Assembly (NCBI GenBank): GCA_012842325.1
Contig: DUTA01000073.1
Coordinates: 1 to 38,713, forward strand
Reading direction: 5' to 3'
Origin: Bacillota bacterium
GTDB taxonomy: Bacteria; Bacillota; DTU030
DNA length: 38,713 nt
Positions 16,603 through 25,481 of this stretch are shown in pieces; within the stretch, counting starts at the first letter, position 1, and the number at the start of each line of letters is the position of its first letter. A program made the position numbers and the translations under genes. A model generated the notes under the pieces. The model was not told where the DNA came from and did no database searches. It saw nothing but the letters and a program-made list of their open reading frames with translations.

Positions 16603-18340
16603 CCCCCAATTGCTCCTTATACTTGGCCGCCAGGCGCAGCATTTCCCGGGCATGCTGTCGGGTAGTTTCCGTAACCCTGGCCCCGCCCTGCATCCGGGCC
16701 AATTCCTCCACCTGTTCATCTTCTGCCAATGGCTTTACCCTTGTATAGGTGCGCCCCGCCACAACATCTTTTTTTATCTGATAATGGGAGTCTGCCATGG
16801 ATGCAATCTGGGGGAGATGGGTGACACAGAGAACCTGCCTTGTCCGCCCCAGGGCGGCCAGCCTCTCGGCAACAGCCTGGGCAGTTCGGCCGCCAATGCC
16901 GGCATCGATCTCGTCGAAGATCAGGGTAGGAACGGTGTCGCTGGCCGCCAGGACACTTTTGAGGGCCAACATGATCCGCGATAGCTCCCCACCGGAAGCA
17001 ATGCGGGCCAGGGGTTTGGGGGGTTCACCCGGGTTGGGCGCCAGCAGGAATTCTACCTGATCAATGCCCTCTTCCGTGATGGCCACCCTTTTCCCCCCCA
17101 GTTCGATCCCCTCCCCGTCCTCCTGCTGGGAAATGGCAACGGAGAAGATAGTTTTTTCCATGCCCAGATAGGCCAATTCCCGCATTACTTCCCTTTCCAG
17201 TTGGCAGGCCAGTTTATGTCTGGCCCGGGAAAGTTTCAGGGCATAATCTGCCAGTTTCTTCTTGCTGGCAGCATATTTTTCCTCCAATTCCTGTTTATTT
17301 ACTGTGTACTGCTCTAAAGCCTCGATCTCCCTTTGGAGCCAGTTGTAATAGTCCAAAATTTCCTCAATGCTTTTACCGTATTTTCGTTTCAGTTCACTGA
17401 GCACATAGAGGCGCTCTTCCACCTCTTCCAGGCTTCCCGGATTTAATTCCAGATTGTCCCGGTAGGAGCGGATCTCCCTGGCAATCTCCTCGACTTGAAA
17501 GGATATGGACTCCAAACCCTCGCAGATGGGTCCCAGGCGGGGGTCAATGGCGGCCGCCTGCTGCAGCCAGCCAACAACCTGTCCCATGGAATCTAAAACC
17601 GACTGCCCGCCCCAGTCGTCTTCATAGAGAACCCGGTAAGAATCCCCGCACAGCTGGAAGAGCCTTTCCGTATGCTTCAGAATTTCTCTTTGGGTCAACA
17701 GCTCTTCCTCTTCACCCCGTTGCAGGTTGGCTGCCGCTATTTCCGCCCTCTGAAAGGAATAGAAATCTAGTTTTCGGGCTGTTTCCTTCGCTTCTTCCTC
17801 CAGCTTTGCCAACCTTTTCTGCAAGGAGCGGTATGTATGGTAACAGTCCTGAAACGCCTGACGCAGGCCGGTCAGTTCAGCATCACCGTAGCTGTCCAGG
17901 TAGGTAATATGGTTCTCAGGTCGGAGCAGGGATTGATGCTCATGCTGGCCGTGAATGTCCACCAGCTGCTGGCCGAGGGAACGGAGGAGAGAGACACTGG
18001 CGAGGCGGCCATTTATGCGACAGGTACTCTTGCCACTGGCACTGAGCTCGCGACTGATCAAGAGCTGGCTGTTTTCATCCAACTCAATCCCGGCCTCTTC
18101 CAGGCTTGCTTTCAGGTCAGGCAATGGGGGCAGTTGAAAAAGGGCCGTAACCCTGGCCTGTTCCGCTCCGGCGCGAATATAGTCGGTACTGCCCCTGGCG
18201 CCCAGGACGAGGCCGATGGCGTCTATGAGAATGGATTTGCCGGCTCCTGTCTCGCCGGTGAGAATATTGAGGCCCGGAGCTAAGGCAAGCTGCAATTTCT
18301 CGATCAGGGCCAGATTTTCTATTTCCAGTTCCAGTAACAC
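16592..18340 (-). CDS. recN: DNA repair protein RecN
   Basis: (M)LLELEIENLALIEKLQLALAPGLNILTGETGAGKSILIDA, a long coiled coil, and the C-terminal SGGELSRIMLALK signature. GTG start with AGGGGGAGGA upstream. Confidence 0.95.
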   Translation of the reverse strand: MLLELEIENLALIEKLQLALAPGLNILTGETGAGKSILIDAIGLVLGARGSTDYIRAGAEQARVTALFQLPPLPDLKASLEEAGIELDENSQLLISRELSASGKSTCRINGRLASVSLLRSLGQQLVDIHGQHEHQSLLRPENHITYLDSYGDAELTGLRQAFQDCYHTYRSLQKRLAKLEEEAKETARKLDFYSFQRAEIAAANLQRGEEEELLTQREILKHTERLFQLCGDSYRVLYEDDWGGQSVLDSMGQVVGWLQQAAAIDPRLGPICEGLESISFQVEEIAREIRSYRDNLELNPGSLEEVEERLYVLSELKRKYGKSIEEILDYYNWLQREIEALEQYTVNKQELEEKYAASKKKLADYALKLSRARHKLACQLEREVMRELAYLGMEKTIFSVAISQQEDGEGIELGGKRVAITEEGIDQVEFLLAPNPGEPPKPLARIASGGELSRIMLALKSVLAASDTVPTLIFDEIDAGIGGRTAQAVAERLAALGRTRQVLCVTHLPQIASMADSHYQIKKDVVAGRTYTRVKPLAEDEQVEELARMQGGARVTETTRQHAREMLRLAAKYKEQLGGGF

Positions 18341-18353
18341 CCCGTCCTCCCCC

Positions 18354-18809
18354 TTATGCTTCCATCAGGCTCTCCAACTTGGCCACTATATCCTTAACCA
18401 CCTCGGATGAGCTGGCAACGGCGATAATGGTATCATCGCCGGCTACGGTCCCAATGATTTCCGGCCAAGCAAAGCTGTCGATGACGGCCGCCACCCCCTG
18501 GGCCGAGCCAGTCAGGGTCTTGATCACAACAATATTTTCACTGGTGGCAATCTTGATCACCGATTCGCGGAAGAGACGCTGTTGCCTTTGTTCAATGGCA
18601 CCGCTAACCCTCTCCCCCGGCTGCCCATAGCGGTACCTGTTATTGTCCGTCGGGATCTTGACCAGACCCAGTTCTTTGATGTCCCGCGATACCGTTGCCT
18701 GGGTAACTTCAATCCCATGCTGCCGGAGCAGTTCTGCCAATTCCTCCTGGGTTTCGATTTCCTGGGAAGAGATTAGTTCCAGGATCAATCTTTGCCTTTT
18801 GTTTTTCAC
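18354..18809 (-). CDS. argR: Arginine repressor ArgR/AhrC
   Basis: KRQRLILELISSQEIETQEELAELLRQHGIEVTQATVSRDIKELGLVKIP. The GTG at 18809 gives 151 aa, matching the usual length. The ORF-track TTG at 18836 abuts the nadK stop and is an alternative start. Confidence 0.88.
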   Translation of the reverse strand: MKNKRQRLILELISSQEIETQEELAELLRQHGIEVTQATVSRDIKELGLVKIPTDNNRYRYGQPGERVSGAIEQRQQRLFRESVIKIATSENIVVIKTLTGSAQGVAAVIDSFAWPEIIGTVAGDDTIIAVASSSEVVKDIVAKLESLMEA

Positions 18810-18836
18810 GGCTCCCTTCACCCCCTTTGTTGCCAA

Positions 18837-19718
18837 CTACCCCTCGTCCTTGTCATCCTCGGAAAAGGCTCCTTCCTGGAGACGGGTTCGCAATACCTGG
18901 TAAAAGCTCTGGCCCCTCAGGCGGACCAGTTTCGCGCGAAAGGGGGCGCGGCAAACGGCTATTCTATCCCCCGCTTCCAGGGGGAAACCCTGCTGGCCGT
19001 CGCAGGTCAGCATAATTTTGTTGTGATCGGCCTTTATCGTTATCTCGACCCTTTCCTCCTCGGGGATAACCAGGGAGCGGGAAGATAAGGTGTGGGGGCA
19101 GATGGGGGTGATAATAACACCCTGCAGTTTGGGATTCATGATGGGCCCGCCGGCAGAAAGGGAATAGGCCGTTGAACCCGTTGGTGTAGCCACTATCAGG
19201 CCGTCGCCCGGATAGGTGGCATAATATTCTCCATTTATGAAGGTCTGTAACCGAATTAACCGGGCAAAGGCTCCCTTGGTCACCACGATTTCATTCAAGG
19301 CCAGGTAGCTGTATACTTCCCTTCCTTTCCTGAAGACACAGACCTCCAGCATGAGCCGGTCATCGAGACAGAATTCCCCTGCCAGCACCTTGGTCAGGGC
19401 AGGGATTATATTGGCCGGCTCCGCAGTGGCCAGAAAACCCAGATGACCCATATTGACCCCCATGAGGGGAACCCCTGCCGGGGAGAGGGCGCGGGCCGCT
19501 GCCAGGAGGGTGCCATCGCCGCCCAAGACCAGGGCCAGGTCTATTTGCCGGGCAAAATCCTCGGCTTCTAACCTTTGCCCGGGCAGGTCCAAATCCCTGG
19601 TCTGCCTTTGCAGTAAAAAAACTTCTTTGCCCCGCTGCTGCAGCCAGGCAATTAGTTCCCGAGCAAGCAAGGTCGCGGCTGCTTTTTTTCGATTTATGTA
19701 AAACCCAAAGGACTGCAT
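18837..19718 (-). CDS. nadK: NAD+ kinase
   Basis: GGDGTLL motif and TPTGSTAYSLSAGGPI. ATG start with AAAGGAGG upstream. Confidence 0.9.
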   Translation of the reverse strand: MQSFGFYINRKKAAATLLARELIAWLQQRGKEVFLLQRQTRDLDLPGQRLEAEDFARQIDLALVLGGDGTLLAAARALSPAGVPLMGVNMGHLGFLATAEPANIIPALTKVLAGEFCLDDRLMLEVCVFRKGREVYSYLALNEIVVTKGAFARLIRLQTFINGEYYATYPGDGLIVATPTGSTAYSLSAGGPIMNPKLQGVIITPICPHTLSSRSLVIPEEERVEITIKADHNKIMLTCDGQQGFPLEAGDRIAVCRAPFRAKLVRLRGQSFYQVLRTRLQEGAFSEDDKDEG

Positions 19719-19810
19719 ACGCTACCTCCTTTAACTGCACCCTTTAATTAATATTCCTCTTTTTGCGCCCTTTCCCTTCTGCCCGGCTCACCCTCTCCGC
19801 AAGGACAGGG

Positions 19811-20620
19811 TCAGGTAACCTCCTGCCAGGCAGCAGCTACCGTTTCCCTTACCATTTCCGCCAGGGGGAGATCCTCCTCTTTTCCTTTGCGCAAGTAAAG
19901 CAGATATTCCCTGTTTCCCTGGGCCCCGCTGATGGGAGAAAAGGCAAGTCCCTCTATGCCAAAACCCATGCTCCGTGCTGCCTGGCCAATTCCCAGCAAA
20001 ACTTCTTCGTGGACGGCCGGATCCCGGACTACCCCCTTTTTCCCAACCTTTGCGGGACCTGCTTCAAACTGGGGTTTTACCAGGGCGACAACTTCCCCCC
20101 CGGGCGGCAGGAACTGCGCCACCTTTGGCAGGACCTTTTCCAGGGAAATGAAAGAAACGTCAATACAGGCAAAATCCACCGCTTCCGGGATGGCTTCCCG
20201 CTCCAGGTAGCGAATATTGGTTCGTTCCAGGACAATCACCCTGGGATCCTGCCGCAGGCGCCAGGCCAGCTGGTTCCAGCCCACATCGACGGCATAAACC
20301 CTTTTGGCACCATGCTGTAAGGCACAATCGGTGAAACCGCCCGTCGACGCCCCCACATCCATTACCACTTTCCCCTCCAGGACGATGGCAAAGGTTTTCA
20401 GGGCCTTCTCCAGCTTCAAACCTCCCCTGCTCACATAGGGATGCTCCTGGCCCAGGATCCTGATGGCGGCTCCCGGATCGACCCGGGTGCCGGCCTTTTC
20501 TATTTTTTCACCATTAACCAAGACCAGGCCAGCCATGATGGCAGCCTGGGCCCTCTGCCGGCTGGGGAAAAAGCCCCTTTTTGCCAACAGCACGTCCAGG
20601 CGTTCCTTTTTCTCAGCCAT
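19811..20620 (-). CDS. tlyA: TlyA-family rRNA 2'-O-methyltransferase (S4 domain plus FtsJ-like)
   Basis: [31 protein letters not shown] (S4 domain), then [14 protein letters not shown] (SAM-binding). Confidence 0.85.
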   Translation of the reverse strand: MAEKKERLDVLLAKRGFFPSRQRAQAAIMAGLVLVNGEKIEKAGTRVDPGAAIRILGQEHPYVSRGGLKLEKALKTFAIVLEGKVVMDVGASTGGFTDCALQHGAKRVYAVDVGWNQLAWRLRQDPRVIVLERTNIRYLEREAIPEAVDFACIDVSFISLEKVLPKVAQFLPPGGEVVALVKPQFEAGPAKVGKKGVVRDPAVHEEVLLGIGQAARSMGFGIEGLAFSPISGAQGNREYLLYLRKGKEEDLPLAEMVRETVAAAWQEVT

Positions 20621-22541
20621 GCTCCTTCCCCCGCCCCTGACCCTGGCCTACTGGTTCCCGCCTCGCGGGCAGGTCAAATTCACACCTGACGGTTTCTACA
20701 ATGCCGGCGGCGGTAAGCTTATACTTTTCCAACAGATATTCCCGGCTCCCATGTTCGATAAATTGATCTCCATAGCCCATCATAACCACCCGGCAGCCGG
20801 TAACACCTTTTTGGGCCAATAGTTCCAGCACGGCACTGCCAAATCCTCCCTGGCAGACATGATCCTCTATGGTGACCAGCTTCCCTGTCCTTTGGGCATA
20901 GGCCAGAATAGTTTCTTCATCCAGGGGTTTGACAAAACGGGCGTTTACCACCGCGGCATCGATGCCGTCCCGGGCCAATATTTCCGCCGCCGCCAGGGCC
21001 CTGGCCACCATGGGGCCCAGGGCCAAAAGGGTAAGGTCGGAGCCGGGACGTACTACTTCCGCCTTGCCGATGGGCAGGGGAGCAGGATTCTCCCACAGCC
21101 TGGCCCCTTCTCCGGCCCCCCGGGGATAGCGCAGGGCGATGGGTCCCCGATGGCCAAGGGCCGTAACCAGCATCTGCTGCAGCTCGGCTTCATCCTTCGG
21201 GGCCATCAGGGTCATGCCCGGAAGGGAGCGTAAGTAGGCCAGATCAAAGACACCGTGATGGGTAGGGCCGTCTTCACCGACTACCCCGCCCCGGTCAATG
21301 GCAAAAACCACCGGTAAATTGGCGAGACAAATATCATGGACAATCTGGTCATAGGCCCGCTGGAGGAAGGTGGAGTAGATGGCCACCACCGGTTTCAAGC
21401 CCCCCGTGGCCAGGCCGGCCGCCAGCGTGACGGCATGCTGTTCTGCAATGCCCACATCAAAGCAGCGGTTGGGAAACTGCCGGGCCAGCCTGTCAAGCCC
21501 TGTTCCCATGGGCATGGCAGCGGTGATGCCGACTATCCGGTGATCCCTTTCGGCCAGTTTCACCAGGGTTTCGGCAAAGACCTCCGTATAAGAGGGATGG
21601 GCCTTTTTCTTTTTCGCCTTTCCCGTTGCCGGATCAAAGGGGCCGATACCGTGGAAGCGGTCAGGCTCCGCCTCTGCCGGTGGGTAGCCCTTGCCCTTGG
21701 TGGTTATCACATGGACCAGGACAGGCCCTTTGACCTTGAGGGCGCTGGTAAGGACCTGCTTCAGCCGGGGTATATTGTGCCCGTCTATGGGTCCCAAATA
21801 GGTAAAGCCCAGTTCTTCAAAGACAACTCCCGCCACCAGCAAATACTTGAGACTGTCCTTTACCCTTTCAACCGACTTTACCACCTGTCCCCCTATGGCC
21901 GGAATTTTCCGCAAAATATACTCAACATCGGCCTTCAGTTTCCCGTAGGCCGGATCGGCGCGCAGGCGGCTCAAATAGGAAGACAGGGCGCCCACATTGG
22001 GCGAGATGGACATTTCGTTGTCATTTAAAACCACCAGCAGGTCGGTTCCCACATGGCCGGCATGATTCAGGCCCTCCAGGGCCAGGCCCCCCGTCAGGGC
22101 CCCGTCCCCGATAACGGCACAGACGGTATAATCCTCCCCCTTCAGATCCCGGGCCAGGGCCAGGCCCAGGGCAGAGGAAATGGAGGTGCTGGTGTGGCCG
22201 GTGCCCACCACATCGTGGGGGCTTTCCTCCGGCTTGGGGAAACCACTCAAGCCGCCTGCGGTGCGTAGGGTGGGAAACTGCTCCTGCCGTCCGGTAAGGA
22301 GTTTATGGACATAGCACTGGTGGCCTACATCCCAGATAATCTTATCCCGGGGGCTATTGAGGACGCTGTGGAGGGCCAGGGTAAGTTCCACCACACCGAG
22401 ATTGGGAGCCAGATGGCCACCATTCCTGGCAACAACATCAATGATCGTCTTCCGGATCTCTGCCGCCAGTTCCACCAGTTCTGCAACGGTGAGGGAGGGT
22501 AAGTCTTCTGGACCTTTTATCTTTGCCAAGAGCTTTCCCAA
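20613..22541 (-). CDS. dxs: 1-deoxy-D-xylulose-5-phosphate synthase
   Basis: [18 protein letters not shown]...[12 protein letters not shown]...[12 protein letters not shown] start with GGAGGTGA 7 nt upstream. 8-nt overlap with tlyA. Confidence 0.95.
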   Translation of the reverse strand: MGKLLAKIKGPEDLPSLTVAELVELAAEIRKTIIDVVARNGGHLAPNLGVVELTLALHSVLNSPRDKIIWDVGHQCYVHKLLTGRQEQFPTLRTAGGLSGFPKPEESPHDVVGTGHTSTSISSALGLALARDLKGEDYTVCAVIGDGALTGGLALEGLNHAGHVGTDLLVVLNDNEMSISPNVGALSSYLSRLRADPAYGKLKADVEYILRKIPAIGGQVVKSVERVKDSLKYLLVAGVVFEELGFTYLGPIDGHNIPRLKQVLTSALKVKGPVLVHVITTKGKGYPPAEAEPDRFHGIGPFDPATGKAKKKKAHPSYTEVFAETLVKLAERDHRIVGITAAMPMGTGLDRLARQFPNRCFDVGIAEQHAVTLAAGLATGGLKPVVAIYSTFLQRAYDQIVHDICLANLPVVFAIDRGGVVGEDGPTHHGVFDLAYLRSLPGMTLMAPKDEAELQQMLVTALGHRGPIALRYPRGAGEGARLWENPAPLPIGKAEVVRPGSDLTLLALGPMVARALAAAEILARDGIDAAVVNARFVKPLDEETILAYAQRTGKLVTIEDHVCQGGFGSAVLELLAQKGVTGCRVVMMGYGDQFIEHGSREYLLEKYKLTAAGIVETVRCEFDLPARREPVGQGQGRGKEHG

Positions 22542-22548
22542 AAACTTT

Positions 22549-23175
22549 TCACCTCCGTCGCATTTTTCCCTTCTCAGCCAGGATCCTTAGACCGAAGTTA
22601 TCTTCCAGCCAGGCCAAAAAACAACCGACCTGAAAGGTTATTTCCCGGCACCGGTGCAGGGCTATGTACTTTCCGGCCGCCTTTCCCCCTACGGTCAGGG
22701 CGGCAACCAGACCTATGATCAGCAGTGAGGCCAGGGACTGGTCGGTTACCAGACCCCTTACCTGCAAATGAAAAATAATGGTGGCGGCAGCGGCCCCGCT
22801 CACCGTTCCGCAAATGTCTCCCACCAGGTCGTTGCAAAAGCTGCTCACCCGATCGGCATGGCGTACCAGGCGAATGGCTTGGGTGGCGCCGCGGACCTTT
22901 TTGGCCGCCATGGCATGGAAGGAGGCTTCCCCGGTGGCGGTCACGGCAACACCTATGATGTCAAAGATAATACCGGTCGAGATAATGAGCAGCAGGATCA
23001 GGACAGCCATGAAAAGTCCGAGTATATTGAGAACGGAATCGGAGGTTAAGGTCAGCATTATGGTCAGGAGAAAGGTCAGGACACCGACGCGTAAACTGCG
23101 CGCCAGTGGCCTCTGGTTTCCGTTGTTTTTATTCTTTCCTTTATTGGCCAAAAGCTTTTCCACCCGCCTGAACAA
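22549..23175 (-). CDS. oapA: Small polytopic membrane protein; candidate OLE-associated protein A
   Basis: 208 aa, with a basic N-terminus followed by about four hydrophobic segments. It lies immediately downstream of the OLE-like RNA and upstream of dxs, which is the published position of oapA. The assignment rests on context, not on a recalled motif. Confidence 0.55.
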   Translation of the reverse strand: MFRRVEKLLANKGKNKNNGNQRPLARSLRVGVLTFLLTIMLTLTSDSVLNILGLFMAVLILLLIISTGIIFDIIGVAVTATGEASFHAMAAKKVRGATQAIRLVRHADRVSSFCNDLVGDICGTVSGAAAATIIFHLQVRGLVTDQSLASLLIIGLVAALTVGGKAAGKYIALHRCREITFQVGCFLAWLEDNFGLRILAEKGKMRRR

Positions 23176-23195
23176 TTATCCTTTGGAGGACAATA

Positions 23196-23236
23196 GAAAA
23201 AGGGAAAGCCCTCCTCCCCGGGGTCTCTCCCTTTCC
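23196..23236 (-). terminator. Hairpin plus T5 between the RNA and oapA (possible partial terminator, attenuator or processing site)
   Basis: Minus strand: GGGAGAG-A-CCC...GGG-CTTTCCC followed by TTTTTCTATT. Confidence 0.3.
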
Positions 23237-23258
23237 TGCACTATGTATGCTAGGAGGA

Positions 23259-23871
23259 GGACAGGTGGTAGCAAGCCGGGTAAACATTGTGGCTTAAGGT
23301 CTAGTAGGTTTTCCCGGCAATGCACCAGGATGTTGCCATCCGGGCGGTTTCCCTTCACTGCATTGCCCCATACCGTCGCCGGTCATGGGACTAGATTGCC
23401 ACTTAGTCCACACTGTAATCCCCGACCTGCCCCAATCTAGCTTGGGCAGCCTAGGAGCTTTCCTCGACAGTCAATCACCTTCTAGCCTCTTTTGCAGTAG
23501 AGGTTTCACAGTCAAGTCCAGGTTTTCTTTGGGCCCCACTCGAAAACCCGGTTGTCACTGATCCGCCCCTACCACTCAAGGCAGGCTACACTGCACACAG
23601 CTTTCACCGCATGCAGGTTCCCCCCCAAGCCGTAGCCTTCGGCAAGACCACGCACTTGGGTCTCCACGGAAACAGGGTCAGGCCCCGCATGCCATTGCGG
23701 GCTGCCCTCGCTTCCTTAACTCCCAGCACCGACCCCCGACTGGGCGTCAGCAGCCAGCACCAGGAACTTCATCGATGTGCCCTTGACGGATTTTTAGCCC
23801 CGTCTTCAAAGGTGATTGTTCTGACTAGAATACTGCACCACCTGTCCGTACTGCTATTCATTTTTCCAGCA
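23259..23871 (-). ncRNA. OLE-class (ornate, large, extremophilic) structured RNA
   Basis: There is a gap of about 700 nt with no credible ORF. An 11-bp closing helix GGACAGGTGGT (23837-23847) / ACCACCTGTCC (23259-23269) encloses about 589 nt. Many nested helices are visible by eye, for example CAATCACC/GGTGATTG, CTAGATTG/CAATCTAG, GGCAATGCA/TGCATTGCC, CCCGCA/TGCGGG and CTGCCC/GGGCAG. The region has its own promoter. The context ispA...dxs-tlyA-nadK-argR-recN matches the published OLE neighbourhood. Confidence 0.75.
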
Positions 23872-23877
23872 GTTTAA

Positions 23878-23906
23878 ATAATAGCATATCCGGCCAGGCG
23901 GTGCAA
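23878..23906 (-). promoter_or_regulatory. Sigma-A promoter TTGCAC-N17-TATTAT driving the OLE-like RNA
   Basis: Minus strand reads TTGCACCGCCTGGCCGGATATGCTATTAT with an exact 17-nt spacer. It starts 7 nt after the DUF212 stop codon. Confidence 0.5.
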
Positions 23907-23912
23907 TCATGA

Positions 23913-24356
23913 TTAGGGAACATAAAAACAGGCCACAATCAAGCCCAGCACTCCACCGGCAAAAACCTCCTTCGGGGTGTGCCCCAGGAGTTCTTTCAGG
24001 CGTTCTTCGCGAAATTTGCCCCTGTGGACCACGTCAGCCATAATAATATTCAGAACTTCCGCCTGTTTTCCCACGGCGCGCCGCACCCCTGCGGCATCAT
24101 ACATGACAATGAGGGCGAAAACGACAGCGATGGCAAATTCAATGGAATTCCAGCCCAACTCCCGGCAGACCCCGGTGGCCAGGGCAACGACCAAAGCCGT
24201 ATGGGAGCTTGGCATTCCCCCGGAAGTGACAAAAAGGCGAAAATCAATTTTCCCTTTTACGAGGTAATTGACGATAACCTTTAATATCTGGGCAATAAAG
24301 CCGGCGAGGAGGGCTGCCAGCAACACCCTGTTCTCGAACACCTTGCCTCCTCCCAT
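23913..24356 (-). CDS. Divergent PAP2 / DUF212 (YuiD-like) membrane phosphatase-family protein
   Basis: GGMPSSHTALVVALATG...YDAAGVRR...LLGHTPKEV. ORF trimmed to the ATG at 24356. The GTG at 24341, preceded by GGGAGGAGG, is an alternative start. Confidence 0.8.
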   Translation of the reverse strand: MGGGKVFENRVLLAALLAGFIAQILKVIVNYLVKGKIDFRLFVTSGGMPSSHTALVVALATGVCRELGWNSIEFAIAVVFALIVMYDAAGVRRAVGKQAEVLNIIMADVVHRGKFREERLKELLGHTPKEVFAGGVLGLIVACFYVP

Positions 24357-24366
24357 CCTTTCTGTG

Positions 24367-25254
24367 TCATTTTTCCCGTTCCAGGAGATAGTTGACCAGC
24401 AGGCGCAGGGGGTCTGCCTTGGCGTCAAAGGGACTCAAGGCGGCCAGGGCCCTCTCTCTGCCCGCCCTGGCCCTTTGGCGGGCCCCCGCCAGCCCGTAAA
24501 GGGCCGGGTAGGTGGCCTTGGCCCTCTGGACATCGGTGCCCACCGGTTTCCCCATTATGGCGCTGTCACCCACCACATTTAAAATATCGTCGGTAATCTG
24601 AAAGACGAGGCCAAATTCTTCGGCAAAGGATGTCAGGGCCGCCAATTCTTCCTCCCCGGCACCGGCGAGAATTGCTCCTGTCCGCACCGCTGCCCGCAAG
24701 AGGGCACCTGTTTTGTTCTTATGAATGGCCAGGAGGGTTGCAGCATCGACAGGCTTGCCTTCCGAAAGGATGTCCACGGCCTGCCCCCCCACCATCCCCC
24801 GGGCACCGGCAGCCGCGGCAATTTCCCTTATCACCCGCAGCATTACCCTCCCATCATCGCCGGGAACGGAACAGCCGGCCAGAACTTCGAAGGCCTTGGT
24901 CAGCAGGGCATCGCCGGCCAGGATGGCAATGGCCTCTCCATAGACCTTATGATTTGTCGGCCGGCCCCGCCGGAAATCGTCATCGTCCATGGCCGGAAGG
25001 TCGTCATGGATAAGGGAATAGGTATGGATGAGCTCAATGGCGCAGGCCGCAGTAATAACATCTTCTTCCCGGCCCCCGACGGCTTCTGCCGCGGCAATGA
25101 CCAGAACCGGCCGCAGCCGCTTGCCCCCGGCAAAGACGCTGTAGCGCATGGCTTCCTTGAGAATGGACGCCCGCCCGAGATCCTCTCCCAGGATGCTGTC
25201 TAAGGCAAGTTCGACAGAGGCAGTTTTTTCCTTAAGGTAGTCGTGTAAATTCAC
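24367..25254 (-). CDS. ispA: (2E,6E)-farnesyl diphosphate synthase / polyprenyl synthetase
   Basis: First and second Asp-rich motifs are present: LIHDDLPAMDDDDFRRG and FQITDDILN. The GTG start overlaps the xseB stop (GTGA). Confidence 0.9.
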   Translation of the reverse strand: MNLHDYLKEKTASVELALDSILGEDLGRASILKEAMRYSVFAGGKRLRPVLVIAAAEAVGGREEDVITAACAIELIHTYSLIHDDLPAMDDDDFRRGRPTNHKVYGEAIAILAGDALLTKAFEVLAGCSVPGDDGRVMLRVIREIAAAAGARGMVGGQAVDILSEGKPVDAATLLAIHKNKTGALLRAAVRTGAILAGAGEEELAALTSFAEEFGLVFQITDDILNVVGDSAIMGKPVGTDVQRAKATYPALYGLAGARQRARAGRERALAALSPFDAKADPLRLLVNYLLEREK

Positions 25255-25481
25255 TGTTTTTCCCCTTCCCCCCAGGCTTCCAGCCTGATGGTATTATTCT
25301 CCTGTAAAAGCAGTTTTATCTTTCCCTCGGCTTCATCCAGCCTTTCATTGCAGAAACGTATGAGGCGCACCCCTTCCTCAAAAAGAGCCAGGGCTTCCTC
25401 GAGGCCCAGCTCGCCCCTCTCCAGCTCCTGGACAACCTCCTCCAAACGGGTCAGGGCGGCGGCGAAGGTATCTTCAGACAC
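25251..25481 (-). CDS. xseB: Exodeoxyribonuclease VII small subunit
   Basis: 76 aa. FAAALTRLEEVVQELERGELGLEEALALFEEGVRLIRFCNERLDEAEGKI. Confidence 0.9.
   Translation of the reverse strand: MSEDTFAAALTRLEEVVQELERGELGLEEALALFEEGVRLIRFCNERLDEAEGKIKLLLQENNTIRLEAWGEGEKQ

Noticed and set aside
20613-20690. C-terminal tail of Dxs (...[20 protein letters not shown]) extending over the tlyA start
   Set aside because: An 8-nt overlap with a short, low-complexity tail is common for operonic genes. There is no evidence of a frameshift or fusion.
23259-23470. RNase P RNA-like strings on the minus strand (GAGGAAAGCTCC, AAACCGCCCGGATGGC, ACCCGGCTTGCTAC)
   Set aside because: The matches are short. GAGGAAAGCUCC lacks the invariant GUCC core, and the distance between the P4-like halves (about 230 nt) and the overall architecture do not fit type A or type B RNase P. 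The ispA/dxs context and the ~590-nt closed structure fit OLE far better.
23176-23877. ORF-track entries inside the RNA region (23176..23358 minus, 60 aa; 23611..23877 plus, 88 aa)
   Set aside because: They have no Shine-Dalgarno sequences and low-complexity, Pro/Arg/Cys-rich translations, and they overlap the helices of the structured RNA. I treat them as chance ORFs.
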